DNA of 30,231 nt from an uncultured Desulfobacterales bacterium (GCA_964557055.1 CAZKYZ010000001.1:1-30231), one strand, 5' to 3'. Counted from the first letter of the stretch, positions 1-8,437 are shown. The notes: generated by a model not told the origin, from the sequence alone. Program-made: numbers and translations.

Positions 1-98
1 CTATAATCATTTCAGAATCACAAACAATATGTTTTCTTTATTCGTTGAAAATGACAGGTTGTTGCGTTTAAAAAAAGCAAACTGTGGATCTGCGCCAA

Positions 99-124
99 CC
101 CTTTTTTATTGATATAAAAAAGGG
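99..124. repeat. Perfect 11-bp AT-rich inverted repeat downstream of gpt (possible terminator or operator)
   Basis: CCCTTTTTTAT (99-109), loop TGAT, ATAAAAAAGGG (114-124), 20 nt past the gpt stop. No U-tract follows on the minus strand, so function is uncertain. Confidence 0.35.
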
Positions 125-143
125 CAGAATTGTTTTTCAGGTG

Positions 144-632
144 TTATATGGTACGCTGTGTACCTGCAAGGGGCTGCACAAAACGGGATTCCGTGTCCCA
201 TGGAAATAAAATCCAAGTATCCTGACTAACCTCGGTGATATATGTGTCTACCAACGGTTTTCCAGCAGGCTTTGCATAAACGGTTGCGAAATGAGCTTTT
301 GGGATCAAATTGCGAACAGTTTGAGCCGTTTTTCCGGTGTCGACCAGATCGTCAACGAGAAGCCATCCCTCTCCGTCCCCTTCAAAGTTTTTCAAGATCC
401 GCGTTGTTGGTTGCTGTGTTTTGCCCGTATAACTGGAAATACAGACGGTGTCAACTATGCGTAGATCCAATTCCCTGGCGATTATAGCTGCTGGAACGAG
501 GCCTCCCCGTGTGATGGCGACAATTCCATTATAGTCGTTGTGATTCAATAAACGCCAGGCAAGCGCTCTTGCGTCTCGATGAAGTTGTTCCCAGGAAATC
601 GGATAGGTCCGCGCATAACGATTATCAGACAT
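144..632 (-). CDS. gpt: Xanthine(-guanine) phosphoribosyltransferase
   Basis: SWEQLH..ARALA N-terminus, [14 protein letters not shown]-binding [12 protein letters not shown]-terminal WILFPWD. Start moved to ATG 632, which has GGAGG 5 nt upstream (162 aa). Confidence 0.92.
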   Translation of the reverse strand: MSDNRYARTYPISWEQLHRDARALAWRLLNHNDYNGIVAITRGGLVPAAIIARELDLRIVDTVCISSYTGKTQQPTTRILKNFEGDGEGWLLVDDLVDTGKTAQTVRNLIPKAHFATVYAKPAGKPLVDTYITEVSQDTWILFPWDTESRFVQPLAGTQRTI

Positions 633-684
633 AAGCGCCTCCAATGCGGTCTAATCGAAAAAGAAAATACCATCCTCAAATGGG

Positions 685-1605
685 TTATCGTTCCCCCCTG
701 ACGAATGGTTCTCCAAGAACAGCCGGACCGGCCAGTTTACGCCGGTTCCGAAAACTGATCAGTATCAATACACCAAGGGTCGCAGCGTACGGCAACATGG
801 CCAGTAGATTGGGTGATATGCCCAGCGGTTGCAGCAAATACTGCAGCACAAAAATACCTCCGAAAAGAAAGGCCCCGAGAATTGCTCTGGACGGATTCCA
901 GAGCGCAAAGATGGTGAGCGCAATAACGATCCAGCCCCTTCCGGCGGTAATTCCCTCTATCCATGATTTGCTGTAGGAAATCGAAAGATGAGCGCCGGCC
1001 AGGCCGGAAAACCCACCCCCGATCAATATGCATAAATATCGGATCGAAGCAACGCTGATACCTTGGGTGTCCACGGCCTTCGGGTTTTCGCCGGTGGAAC
1101 GCACGATTATTCCCCAACGCGTTTTCTCCAGGACAAACCACGATATAAGACTAAGGATTATGGCCAAATAAAGAAACGGACTTTGATTAAAAAAAATGGT
1201 TCCGATAAGGGGGATGTCGGACAGAAAGGGTATGGCATAATTGCTCATTTGAATGGAAAGGGGTTTACCGACAAAAGGTTTCCCGAGAAGGCTGGCAACA
1301 CCAAGACCGAGCATCGTAAGTGCCAATCCGGAAACGACCTGGTTGGATTGTAGTGTCACTGAAACGAACGCGTGGATAAGTGAAAAGGCAACACCGGCAA
1401 GTAGTGCACAAATAAGACCCAGCCAGGGGTTCCCGGTGGTAAAGGTCACCACAAAGGCGCTAACAGCACCAATGGCCATTACTCCTTCCACCCCGAGATT
1501 CAGTATGCCGGAGCGCTCACAGATGATCTCCCCGACGGTGCCGAGCAGCAAAGGAGTTCCGGCGATCAAGGTTCTTTGAAGAACAGATTCAATAATACCA
1601 TCCAT
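685..1605 (-). CDS. ABC transporter permease, nucleoside/purine (BMP-associated) type, subunit 2
   Basis: Hydrophobic 306 aa; GEIICERSGILNLGVEG, RSTGENPKAVDTQG and GRGWIVIAL motifs typical of CUT2/nucleoside permeases. Confidence 0.9.
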   Translation of the reverse strand: MDGIIESVLQRTLIAGTPLLLGTVGEIICERSGILNLGVEGVMAIGAVSAFVVTFTTGNPWLGLICALLAGVAFSLIHAFVSVTLQSNQVVSGLALTMLGLGVASLLGKPFVGKPLSIQMSNYAIPFLSDIPLIGTIFFNQSPFLYLAIILSLISWFVLEKTRWGIIVRSTGENPKAVDTQGISVASIRYLCILIGGGFSGLAGAHLSISYSKSWIEGITAGRGWIVIALTIFALWNPSRAILGAFLFGGIFVLQYLLQPLGISPNLLAMLPYAATLGVLILISFRNRRKLAGPAVLGEPFVRGER

Positions 1606-1608
1606 CGG

Positions 1609-2694
1609 TTATGATCCTTTTTTCGGAGTAGTGAATGATATTTTATGGGTTAAGAAAAAGTTGCCCATGATTAAAAAAAACAACAAGGTGCCGTTAAAAA
1701 CATCAACAGATGCGGCAGGCAATCCCAGTTTAATCTGAATGGCATCGCCGCCAACAAGGATTCCGGCAAAGAAAAGACCGGAAACAAGGACACCAAGGGG
1801 GTTCAGTTTCGCCAGCCAGGCTACGATAATGGCTGTAAATCCATACCCGGAAGAGATCGACCGCGGGTAGCTCAGATGATGATGAATGCCGGCGACCTCA
1901 CCAACTCCGGCAATCCCGGCCAATCCGCCGCTGATGATCATGATCATTACTGTGGTTTTGAAAAAATCAATTCCCGCATATTTGGCGGCCTCAGGGTTTT
2001 CACCAATTACTCTTACTTCGTAGCCGAACTTTGTTCTGTATATTAAAACCCACAATCCGATCATCATAACAACGGCCACGAGAAGGGTCAGGTAGTGAAT
2101 TCTTGAGCCGGGGATTAACGAAAGAACGGCGTGGTCAGGAAGGTTGTCGGTATAGGGCAATCCAAACTTGGATTTTCCTTTCCACGGGCCGGTGATTAAA
2201 AGCATAAGAAACTCAGCGCAGATATAATTGAGCATCAGGGTAGAGATAACCTCGTTGATCGACAGCTTTACCTTGAGGATGGCCGGTATCAAACCCCATA
2301 AGGCACCCCCGATAAAACCAGATACAAAGATTAAGGGAATAATCACAGCTGTTGGAAGGTGTGGCCCTAAATTTAACCCGGTCCAGGTACCGAAGATGGC
2401 CCCCATCAGCAGTTGGCCTTCGGCTCCGATATTCCAGAAGCGACCCCGAAAAACCAGTGCGAGGCCGCCACCAATGAGAATCAAGGGAATTGCCTTGGTG
2501 ATTGTCTCCTTGAACCCATAGATACTGCCGAAGGATCCCTGGAATATTTTGGCAATGGCAAAGAAAGGGTTGATCCGGCAAAAAAGAAAAATAACGCCAA
2601 TGGCAACCAGGCCGGCGGCGAGAGATCCCACCAGAACCAGGACAGCGTGCTGCCTGGTAACCAGTTCACGGTTGCTGATTTTGAGTTTCAGCAT
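1609..2694 (-). CDS. ABC transporter permease, nucleoside/purine (BMP-associated) type, subunit 1
   Basis: Hydrophobic 361 aa; WNIGAEGQ, NEVISTLMLNY, GENPEAAKYAGI and GYGFTAIIVAWLA motifs. Confidence 0.9.
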   Translation of the reverse strand: MLKLKISNRELVTRQHAVLVLVGSLAAGLVAIGVIFLFCRINPFFAIAKIFQGSFGSIYGFKETITKAIPLILIGGGLALVFRGRFWNIGAEGQLLMGAIFGTWTGLNLGPHLPTAVIIPLIFVSGFIGGALWGLIPAILKVKLSINEVISTLMLNYICAEFLMLLITGPWKGKSKFGLPYTDNLPDHAVLSLIPGSRIHYLTLLVAVVMMIGLWVLIYRTKFGYEVRVIGENPEAAKYAGIDFFKTTVMIMIISGGLAGIAGVGEVAGIHHHLSYPRSISSGYGFTAIIVAWLAKLNPLGVLVSGLFFAGILVGGDAIQIKLGLPAASVDVFNGTLLFFLIMGNFFLTHKISFTTPKKGS

Positions 2695-2744
2695 TCAGCT
2701 GTGTCCCTCTAAAACGCAAATATCCATATGTTCAAGGGCTCGAT

Positions 2745-4256
2745 TTATATCTGTGAACCCGCCATCATCAGGCCAATATTGCCGATGTCTGCATCTTCGG
2801 CATTTACGATTCCCATGAGCCGTCCCTGGAAAATAACCGCAATCCGGTCGCTCAGCTCGAAAATTTCTTCCAGGTCTTCGGAAATGAGAAGGACAGCACC
2901 ACCGGATTTCCTGATTTTCAACAATTCTTTCCGGAGATATTCGGTCGCCCCGACATCCAACCCATAAGTGGGATGAGCGGCAACCAGTAAAGACGGCTGT
3001 TTGCTGATTTCCCGCCCCAAAATCAATTTCTGGATATTGCCTCCGCTAAGGTTTTTGGTTTCCATGTTGATGGAGGAGGCGGCAACACCGAAATCTTCCA
3101 AAAGCCCCCGTGTATGGTCTTTGATGCGGCGGTATTCAAGAAACAGGCGTCCCGCGAATTTTTTCCGATGCTGCTGCTTTAAAATTGCATTGTCGTAAAT
3201 AAACAAGCTGGGGGCGATGCCGAAGCGAATCCGTTCTTCCGGGATATGGGCAATGCCGTTGTTATAAATTTCGCGAGGCGATTTGTTGGTTATCTGTTTT
3301 TGGTTGATAAAGACACTTCCGGATAGCGCCGGACGAATCCCGGTGATGGCTTCCACAAGTTCTTTCTGGCCATTACCGGCAACACCGGCAATGCCGAAGA
3401 TTTCGTTTTGGTAGATATTGAAAGAAATATCGTTAACAACACGGTTACCCTTGTCTCCGAGCACCTGAAGGTTTTCCACACTTAGAGTCAACGGCCCCCT
3501 GGCCAAGGCTTCCCGGTTAATATTAAAAATAATGTCCCGACCGACCATCATGCGGGCGAGATCAGCCTTATCGGTATTCGCAGTGTCAGCATGTCCAACG
3601 ACATTTCCTTTTTGAAGCACCGTTACCCGGTCACAGATGTCCAGAATCTCATCAAGCTTATGGCTGATGATAATAATCGAATGGCCGGCCTGCTGCATTT
3701 CCTTCAATGTGTTGAACAGGTCAATTGATTCCTTTGGGGTCAACACGGAAGTCGGTTCATCCAGAATCAAAAGATCTGCTCCGTTAATCAGCGCTTTAAC
3801 GATTTCAACACGCTGCTGTTCCCCGGCGGAAAGCTGCCAAACCATCTGGTCCGGGTCGATGTTGAAATTGAACTGCTGCGAAAACGCCCGAATGCGATGG
3901 GATATTTTCTTCTGGGGAAATAGAAAGGGAGTGCCGGTGTAACCAAGGGCGATATTTTCTGCGACCGTATGATTCTGCACCAGCATGAAATGCTGGTGAA
4001 CCATTCCAATACCATGGCGGATGGATTCCTGGGGAGACGCTATTTCTATGGGGGTTCCATTGATCAGGATCTCGCCACTGTCGGGCTGATAAAGCCCATA
4101 AAGAATGTTCATCAAAGTGGTTTTGCCGGCGCCGTTTTCACCCAGAAGTCCGAGGATCTCGCCCGAGTGGATCTGCAGATGAATATCCTGGTTAGCGGAA
4201 ATGCCGTGAAAGGATTTTGTAATGCCTTTCATTTCTAGCTGTTGGATGGTGCTCAT
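2745..4256 (-). CDS. ABC transporter ATP-binding protein with two NBDs (CUT2 type)
   Basis: Walker A GENGAGKT, LSAGEQQ signature, LILDEPT; degenerate second NBD (GVAGNGQKE, LSGGNIQK, AHPTYGLD). Confidence 0.95.
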   Translation of the reverse strand: MSTIQQLEMKGITKSFHGISANQDIHLQIHSGEILGLLGENGAGKTTLMNILYGLYQPDSGEILINGTPIEIASPQESIRHGIGMVHQHFMLVQNHTVAENIALGYTGTPFLFPQKKISHRIRAFSQQFNFNIDPDQMVWQLSAGEQQRVEIVKALINGADLLILDEPTSVLTPKESIDLFNTLKEMQQAGHSIIIISHKLDEILDICDRVTVLQKGNVVGHADTANTDKADLARMMVGRDIIFNINREALARGPLTLSVENLQVLGDKGNRVVNDISFNIYQNEIFGIAGVAGNGQKELVEAITGIRPALSGSVFINQKQITNKSPREIYNNGIAHIPEERIRFGIAPSLFIYDNAILKQQHRKKFAGRLFLEYRRIKDHTRGLLEDFGVAASSINMETKNLSGGNIQKLILGREISKQPSLLVAAHPTYGLDVGATEYLRKELLKIRKSGGAVLLISEDLEEIFELSDRIAVIFQGRLMGIVNAEDADIGNIGLMMAGSQI

Positions 4257-4297
4257 GGGCGTGGTTCGCCTGCCGGTGTAGGAGGAATGCGGTGCTC

Positions 4298-4334
4298 AAA
4301 AAACCGGGGGAGCCGTGTGAAACCGGCTCCCCGG
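4298..4334 (-). terminator. Intrinsic terminator between the binding-protein and ATPase genes
   Basis: Minus strand CC-GGGGAGCCG, loop GTTTCACA, CGGCTCCCC-C-GG, then TTTTTT: a 9-bp GC stem plus 2 bp, followed by six U. Confidence 0.75.
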
Positions 4335-4351
4335 AACAGGTTTGGGGCATC

Positions 4352-5512
4352 TTATTGGGGGAGGTTTCCTTCGATATTGTCGACATAGTAAAGGATATCG
4401 GTACCAAACAAATGCCCGATAGAGGCTGTTTCCCCGTCTTTGACTTTAAGGTTGCCCAGATTGTCTTTGATGGGACCGGTGAAGGGGTCAAATACCTCAC
4501 GGCCCTGCTTCATTTGAGCATACCGTTTTACAACCAGGTCGTATACAGAGATTTTTCCAAAATCTTTTGTGTCGACCATGGCCGTTTTCAGGTCATTTTC
4601 AAACTTGGGGTTAACAATGTGATCAAAATTTCCCCCAAGGATGACAACGTTTTCCTTGACCAGCCAGAGGTGGTCCTCATTGGTCCATTTCCCGTCATAG
4701 AGGTCTTTCAGAATTTTTACGTATAACGGACCCCAGTCCGTAAGCTGGCCGGAAACGACGGAATCCTCACCATAAGACTGCATCGGACTGTAATGGCTGA
4801 ATGTATAAATCTGTTTCCCTTTTTCCGTGTGCGCCTGCCCGACTTCGATGACGGCCGGGGTGTCTTCGGTAAAGGCGAGGGTGTCGCATCCTTCGGCAAC
4901 AAGGGCTTCAGCAGCCTCTTTGGCTTTTTCAGGGGCAGCCCAGCCGTAAATCCATTTTACCGACAATTTGGCATTGGGGTTAACGGTTTTGATTCCGAGG
5001 GCGTATGCGTTGATGTGGCGAACGACTTCCGGGATGGGGAAGGCGCCGACGTAACCGATTTTGTTCGTTTTGGTCAAGGCTCCGGCCATCAGGCCGTTCA
5101 AATAGTAAAGCTGGAAAAAATCTTCAAAATAAGTTCCTACGTTTTCGACTTGCTTGAAACCGGAACAGTGCATGAATGTTTTATCGGGATAACGTTTGCC
5201 GGCGGCAATGGTGTCATCCATAAATCCGAAACTTGTGGTAAAGACGATATCGCAGTTCTCTTCCTGGATGAAACGGTCGATGATTCTGGTGGAGTCTGCT
5301 TCCGCAATGCTTTCCACGTAAACGGTTTCCAACCATGGCAGTTTCTCCATGGCGAACTTACGCCCCATGTCGTGGGCGTTTGTCCAGCCGTAATCGCCCA
5401 CCGGGCCGACGTAAACGAACCCGGCTTTAATTTTTTTGTCTGCTGCCAATGATGATCCTGCTGCAAGCAAAACACAAACAATTACAATTGAAAGAAATTT
5501 TACGGTTCTCAT
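4352..5512 (-). CDS. BMP-family ABC substrate-binding protein (purine base/nucleoside)
   Basis: GFVYVGPVGDYGWTNAHDMGR, IVFTTSFGFMD, KIGYVGAFPIPEVVRHINAY motifs; cleavable signal peptide without lipobox Cys; SD AGGAG upstream. Confidence 0.92.
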   Translation of the reverse strand: MRTVKFLSIVIVCVLLAAGSSLAADKKIKAGFVYVGPVGDYGWTNAHDMGRKFAMEKLPWLETVYVESIAEADSTRIIDRFIQEENCDIVFTTSFGFMDDTIAAGKRYPDKTFMHCSGFKQVENVGTYFEDFFQLYYLNGLMAGALTKTNKIGYVGAFPIPEVVRHINAYALGIKTVNPNAKLSVKWIYGWAAPEKAKEAAEALVAEGCDTLAFTEDTPAVIEVGQAHTEKGKQIYTFSHYSPMQSYGEDSVVSGQLTDWGPLYVKILKDLYDGKWTNEDHLWLVKENVVILGGNFDHIVNPKFENDLKTAMVDTKDFGKISVYDLVVKRYAQMKQGREVFDPFTGPIKDNLGNLKVKDGETASIGHLFGTDILYYVDNIEGNLPQ

Positions 5513-5686
5513 TCTGTCTCCTTTTATAGACGGTAATCAGTAAAAAGGGGCCCGCCGATCCAGGATATTTCACCCGCCGTACCATCCTGGGCTAAGTACC
5601 CGCGACAATCTGCGGTCATCCGATTCCAATAAGTGATACCATTGTAAATACAGATGGTTATATATATTATTTCTGACTACTGGTAA
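5513..5686 (-). promoter_or_regulatory. Predicted ~175-nt structured 5' leader of the purine importer operon
   Basis: Lies between the predicted sigma70 promoter and the BMP start; contains the stem CCAGGAT/ATCCTGG (5590-5584 / 5566-5560), three GCGGG copies and a U5 tract. Confidence 0.4.
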
Positions 5687-5692
5687 AGTAAT

Positions 5693-5721
5693 ATAATAGG
5701 GCAAAGCAGGGGTTGCGTCAA
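5693..5721 (-). promoter_or_regulatory. Sigma70-type promoter for the BMP-ABC-gpt operon
   Basis: TTGACG (5721-5716), 17-nt spacer, TATTAT (5698-5693); predicted TSS near 5686. Confidence 0.7.
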
Positions 5722-5761
5722 CAAATTGTTCGGGTCCCGGGGGGATGAAATGTTCTTGGGG

Positions 5762-6064
5762 TTACAAAACAGGTTTCCGGCTGTTTTGCAGGTACGATTC
5801 CCACTCCATTGGCAACAGCTGCTTTTTGTTGTTGTTGCATTCTTTGCAGCAGGCTGCCAGGTTTCCTTTGGTGCTTTTACCTCCGCGGGCAATGGGTACA
5901 ATATGATCCATTGTCAATTCGCCGGGCGGGTATTGTCGCTGGCAGTAATGGCAAGCACCCCGGGCGCAGCGGCGCTTCCACCATTGCGATCGGCGCAATT
6001 CACGGGCACGACTTCTTTCCCGTTTGATATCGGCCTCGTCCAGGTCATAAGCATACGGTTTCAT
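5762..6064 (-). CDS. Small stand-alone HNH endonuclease-family protein (100 aa)
   Basis: CHYC...MDHIVP...GN...CKECN zinc-binding HNH motif. Start moved to ATG 6064 (AGGA 7 nt upstream, 11 nt after the ATP-grasp stop). Confidence 0.85.
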   Translation of the reverse strand: MKPYAYDLDEADIKRERSRARELRRSQWWKRRCARGACHYCQRQYPPGELTMDHIVPIARGGKSTKGNLAACCKECNNNKKQLLPMEWESYLQNSRKPVL

Positions 6065-6075
6065 ATCCGATCCTG

Positions 6076-6924
6076 TCACAAAAGGTTGCCGCTGTGCAGC
6101 CAAAGTTTGATTTCCTGTTCCAGTATTTCCAGGTAACGGGTAGAGCCGCCGATTCCTCGGCGGCCGAAGAACCAGTTAATTTCGAGGAACAAGGGCGTTG
6201 TTTCCATATTGCCGGCGGCGTTCCGGGGAAACAGAAAATCCATGCCGGCCAGGTTGACGCTGAATTTTTGGCAAAACTTTTTAGCAAACTGTGTGCCGGC
6301 AGCCAGATGGGCCGGCTCGTTGTCCTGATTCAGGAGGGCGCCTTTTGACAGGCTTGTCCCGAAAGAATCTGGAAATGCCGAATTTCGCCAGTAAGAAAAA
6401 AATCGGGTGCCGATTACCACTGCTCGCAGACAAGGACTGCCGGGTGAGATGTATCGTTGAAGAAGAAAGCCCCGTTGACCGGTCTTTTCGAAAGCCTCGG
6501 CTTTTTTCAGGAGGCGCTGGAATGCCTGCCGATCGGATACCAGGAAGACGGTATCGCCCTCTCCCCCCCAGTCAAATTTGAAAACGAAGGGAAATGGAAA
6601 CGGAGGCCTTGGGTTTTGGTAATCATTTTGGGCCAAAAGGTCATCAACCGAAGGATAGCAGGCAGTTTCGGGATGGGGAGTTCCCATTTCGGCAAACAGG
6701 CGTGTTTGCCCGAGTTTGCCGGGGTAGTCGAAGCGTACCCGGTAGTCCGGGAAAAGGCGTGAACAGTTGGCGGCCGCCATTCGGTACAGGCTCGGCCGGC
6801 AGCCCTGCGGTAAAATGACGGCATCAGCCGAGCGGATAGCCGCCCGATCATTGTGATCCGGTTCCCGGCCGGCGCAGTTGATGTTGCCGTCTCCTTCAAA
6901 GCATGGATGAAATGAAAGAATCAT
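6076..6924 (-). CDS. ATP-grasp fold protein (RimK/GshB-like), substrate unknown
   Basis: FVFKFDWGGEGDTVFLV, FLLQRYI, LRAVVIG, AGMDFL and LEINWFFG align with RimK-type ATP-grasp motifs; TGATG overlap with the era stop. Confidence 0.75.
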   Translation of the reverse strand: MILSFHPCFEGDGNINCAGREPDHNDRAAIRSADAVILPQGCRPSLYRMAAANCSRLFPDYRVRFDYPGKLGQTRLFAEMGTPHPETACYPSVDDLLAQNDYQNPRPPFPFPFVFKFDWGGEGDTVFLVSDRQAFQRLLKKAEAFEKTGQRGFLLQRYISPGSPCLRAVVIGTRFFSYWRNSAFPDSFGTSLSKGALLNQDNEPAHLAAGTQFAKKFCQKFSVNLAGMDFLFPRNAAGNMETTPLFLEINWFFGRRGIGGSTRYLEILEQEIKLWLHSGNLL

Positions 6925-7838
6925 CAGTAACCGAATTTGCGTAAGGCCCGTGTATCGGCGCTCCAGTTTTTCTGTACCCGGACAAACAGCTTGAGAAACA
7001 CCCTGGCGCTCACCAGTCGTTCGATGCTTTTGCGTGCAGACTCTCCGATCAGTTTTAATTTGTCACCGTTGCGGCCGATGATGATGCCTTTTTGGGAATC
7101 CCGCTCCACATGAATGCTTGCGGCAATATAAATGACTTTTCCATCCTGCTTTTCCTGAAACTGATCAATAGTGACTGCGACGGAGTAGGGGATTTCCTGT
7201 CCGGTGAGACGGAAGACTTTTTCGCGGATCATCTCTCCCGCCAAAAACCGCTGACTAACGTCGGTAATGCTGTCTTCCGGAAAAAACGGCGGTCCCGGGG
7301 GCAGCAGGGATTCCATTTTTGCAAGCAACGGTTCGATCTGCTGCCCGTTGATTGCGGATATGGGAACCACTGCCTGGAAAGGGAAGGCCGTAGACCAGGC
7401 CGCAATTTGCTGAAGAAGCGCCGTTTTTTTGATCAAATCAATTTTGTTGAGTGCCAGAAGGACAGGTTTTTTCAGGTTTCGAAGGCTTTCGAGAATAATG
7501 GCTTCTGAATCAGGGTCAGGGCTGGCCGCATCAACAATGACAAGGATGATATCCACGTCTGCAATAGCAGCAAGGGCGACATTGACAATACGGATATTCA
7601 GCGGTTTTTTGGAACGGTGAATACCCGGCGTGTCCATAAAAACAATTTGGGAAGATTTCCGGTGAAGAACACCCAGGATCCGATTCCGGGTTGTTTGCGG
7701 TTTTTTAGACGTAATGGAAATTTTTTGCCCAAGGATATGGTTCAGGAAAGTTGATTTTCCGGTATTGGGAGCCCCCAGGATAGCCGCAAATCCGGAATGA
7801 AATACCGGTGTTTTTTCGGGGGTACGGGCTCGTTTCAT
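6924..7838 (-). CDS. era: GTPase Era
   Basis: GAPNTGKST, KPQTTR, DTPG, NKID; C-terminal KH domain ERDSQKGIIIGRNG; ATGA overlap with engB. Confidence 0.97.
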   Translation of the reverse strand: MKRARTPEKTPVFHSGFAAILGAPNTGKSTFLNHILGQKISITSKKPQTTRNRILGVLHRKSSQIVFMDTPGIHRSKKPLNIRIVNVALAAIADVDIILVIVDAASPDPDSEAIILESLRNLKKPVLLALNKIDLIKKTALLQQIAAWSTAFPFQAVVPISAINGQQIEPLLAKMESLLPPGPPFFPEDSITDVSQRFLAGEMIREKVFRLTGQEIPYSVAVTIDQFQEKQDGKVIYIAASIHVERDSQKGIIIGRNGDKLKLIGESARKSIERLVSARVFLKLFVRVQKNWSADTRALRKFGY

Positions 7839-8437
7839 AAGGCTTCCCCTGTTCGGGGGGACAACAGCATATCAACGGCCGACAAGAGTTCTTCTTTGCC
7901 CAGTCGGGATGTTGCTGAGAATGGAATAATTGCTCTGCTTCTATTTTCGAAAAAGAGAGCCATTTTGTCAAGGCGCTGCTTTTGTTTTTGCCTGGAAAGT
8001 TTGTCGGCTTTGGTGGCCACCAGGATACATGGGATTTTATACTGGTCCAGCCAGGCCGTAAAACGAGTCTCTTCCAGACCGGGATCCCTGCGCATATCCA
8101 AAATCAAGACAACACCTGCCAGCTGATTCCTTTCCATGAGATACATTTCGATCATGGGCCCCCACTTTTTTTTTACGGAAACAGGTACCTTGGCATATCC
8201 ATATCCGGGAAAATCGACAAAGAACAGAGAATTGTTTACCAAAAAGAAATTGAGAAGCTGAGTTCGACCTGGTGTTGAACTGGTTTTTACCAGCCGTTTG
8301 CGGTTTAGCAGGGTGTTGATCAGCGAGGACTTGCCAACGTTCGACCGTCCAGCAAAACCCACTTCCGGCAGGTCTGTGTCCGGATAGTGGTCCGGATGGG
8401 GAGCACTTTTTAAAAATTCAGCAGATTTGATGATCAT
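7835..8437 (-). CDS. engB: Ribosome biogenesis GTPase EngB (YihA/YsxC)
   Basis: AGRSNVGKSSLIN, SSTPGRTQ, DFPGYGYA, TKADK; ATGA overlap with the aminotransferase. Confidence 0.96.
   Translation of the reverse strand: MIIKSAEFLKSAPHPDHYPDTDLPEVGFAGRSNVGKSSLINTLLNRKRLVKTSSTPGRTQLLNFFLVNNSLFFVDFPGYGYAKVPVSVKKKWGPMIEMYLMERNQLAGVVLILDMRRDPGLEETRFTAWLDQYKIPCILVATKADKLSRQKQKQRLDKMALFFENRSRAIIPFSATSRLGKEELLSAVDMLLSPRTGEAL

Noticed and set aside
5560-5600. ACGGCGGG resembling the ykkC (guanidine/PRPP/ppGpp) P3 element
   Set aside because: The CUAGGGUUCCG 5' core and the AUAAAAG-CC continuation are missing. Kept only as an unassigned leader.
5660-5690. GACTAC (5675-5680) resembling the 3' end of a purine riboswitch
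   Set aside because: It is on the + strand, opposite to the operon, and the other conserved loops are absent.
5762-6064. HNH as an RNA-guided (IscB/HEARO-like), homing or restriction nuclease
   Set aside because: Only 100 aa, with no RuvC or PLMP region, no methylase and no intron. The adjacent non-coding DNA is explained by the BMP promoter and leader.
6076-6924. ATP-grasp (or the radical SAM at 19866-20966) as a RiPP maturase
   Set aside because: No plausible precursor peptide, RRE domain, peptidase or exporter beside either gene; both lie in housekeeping operons.
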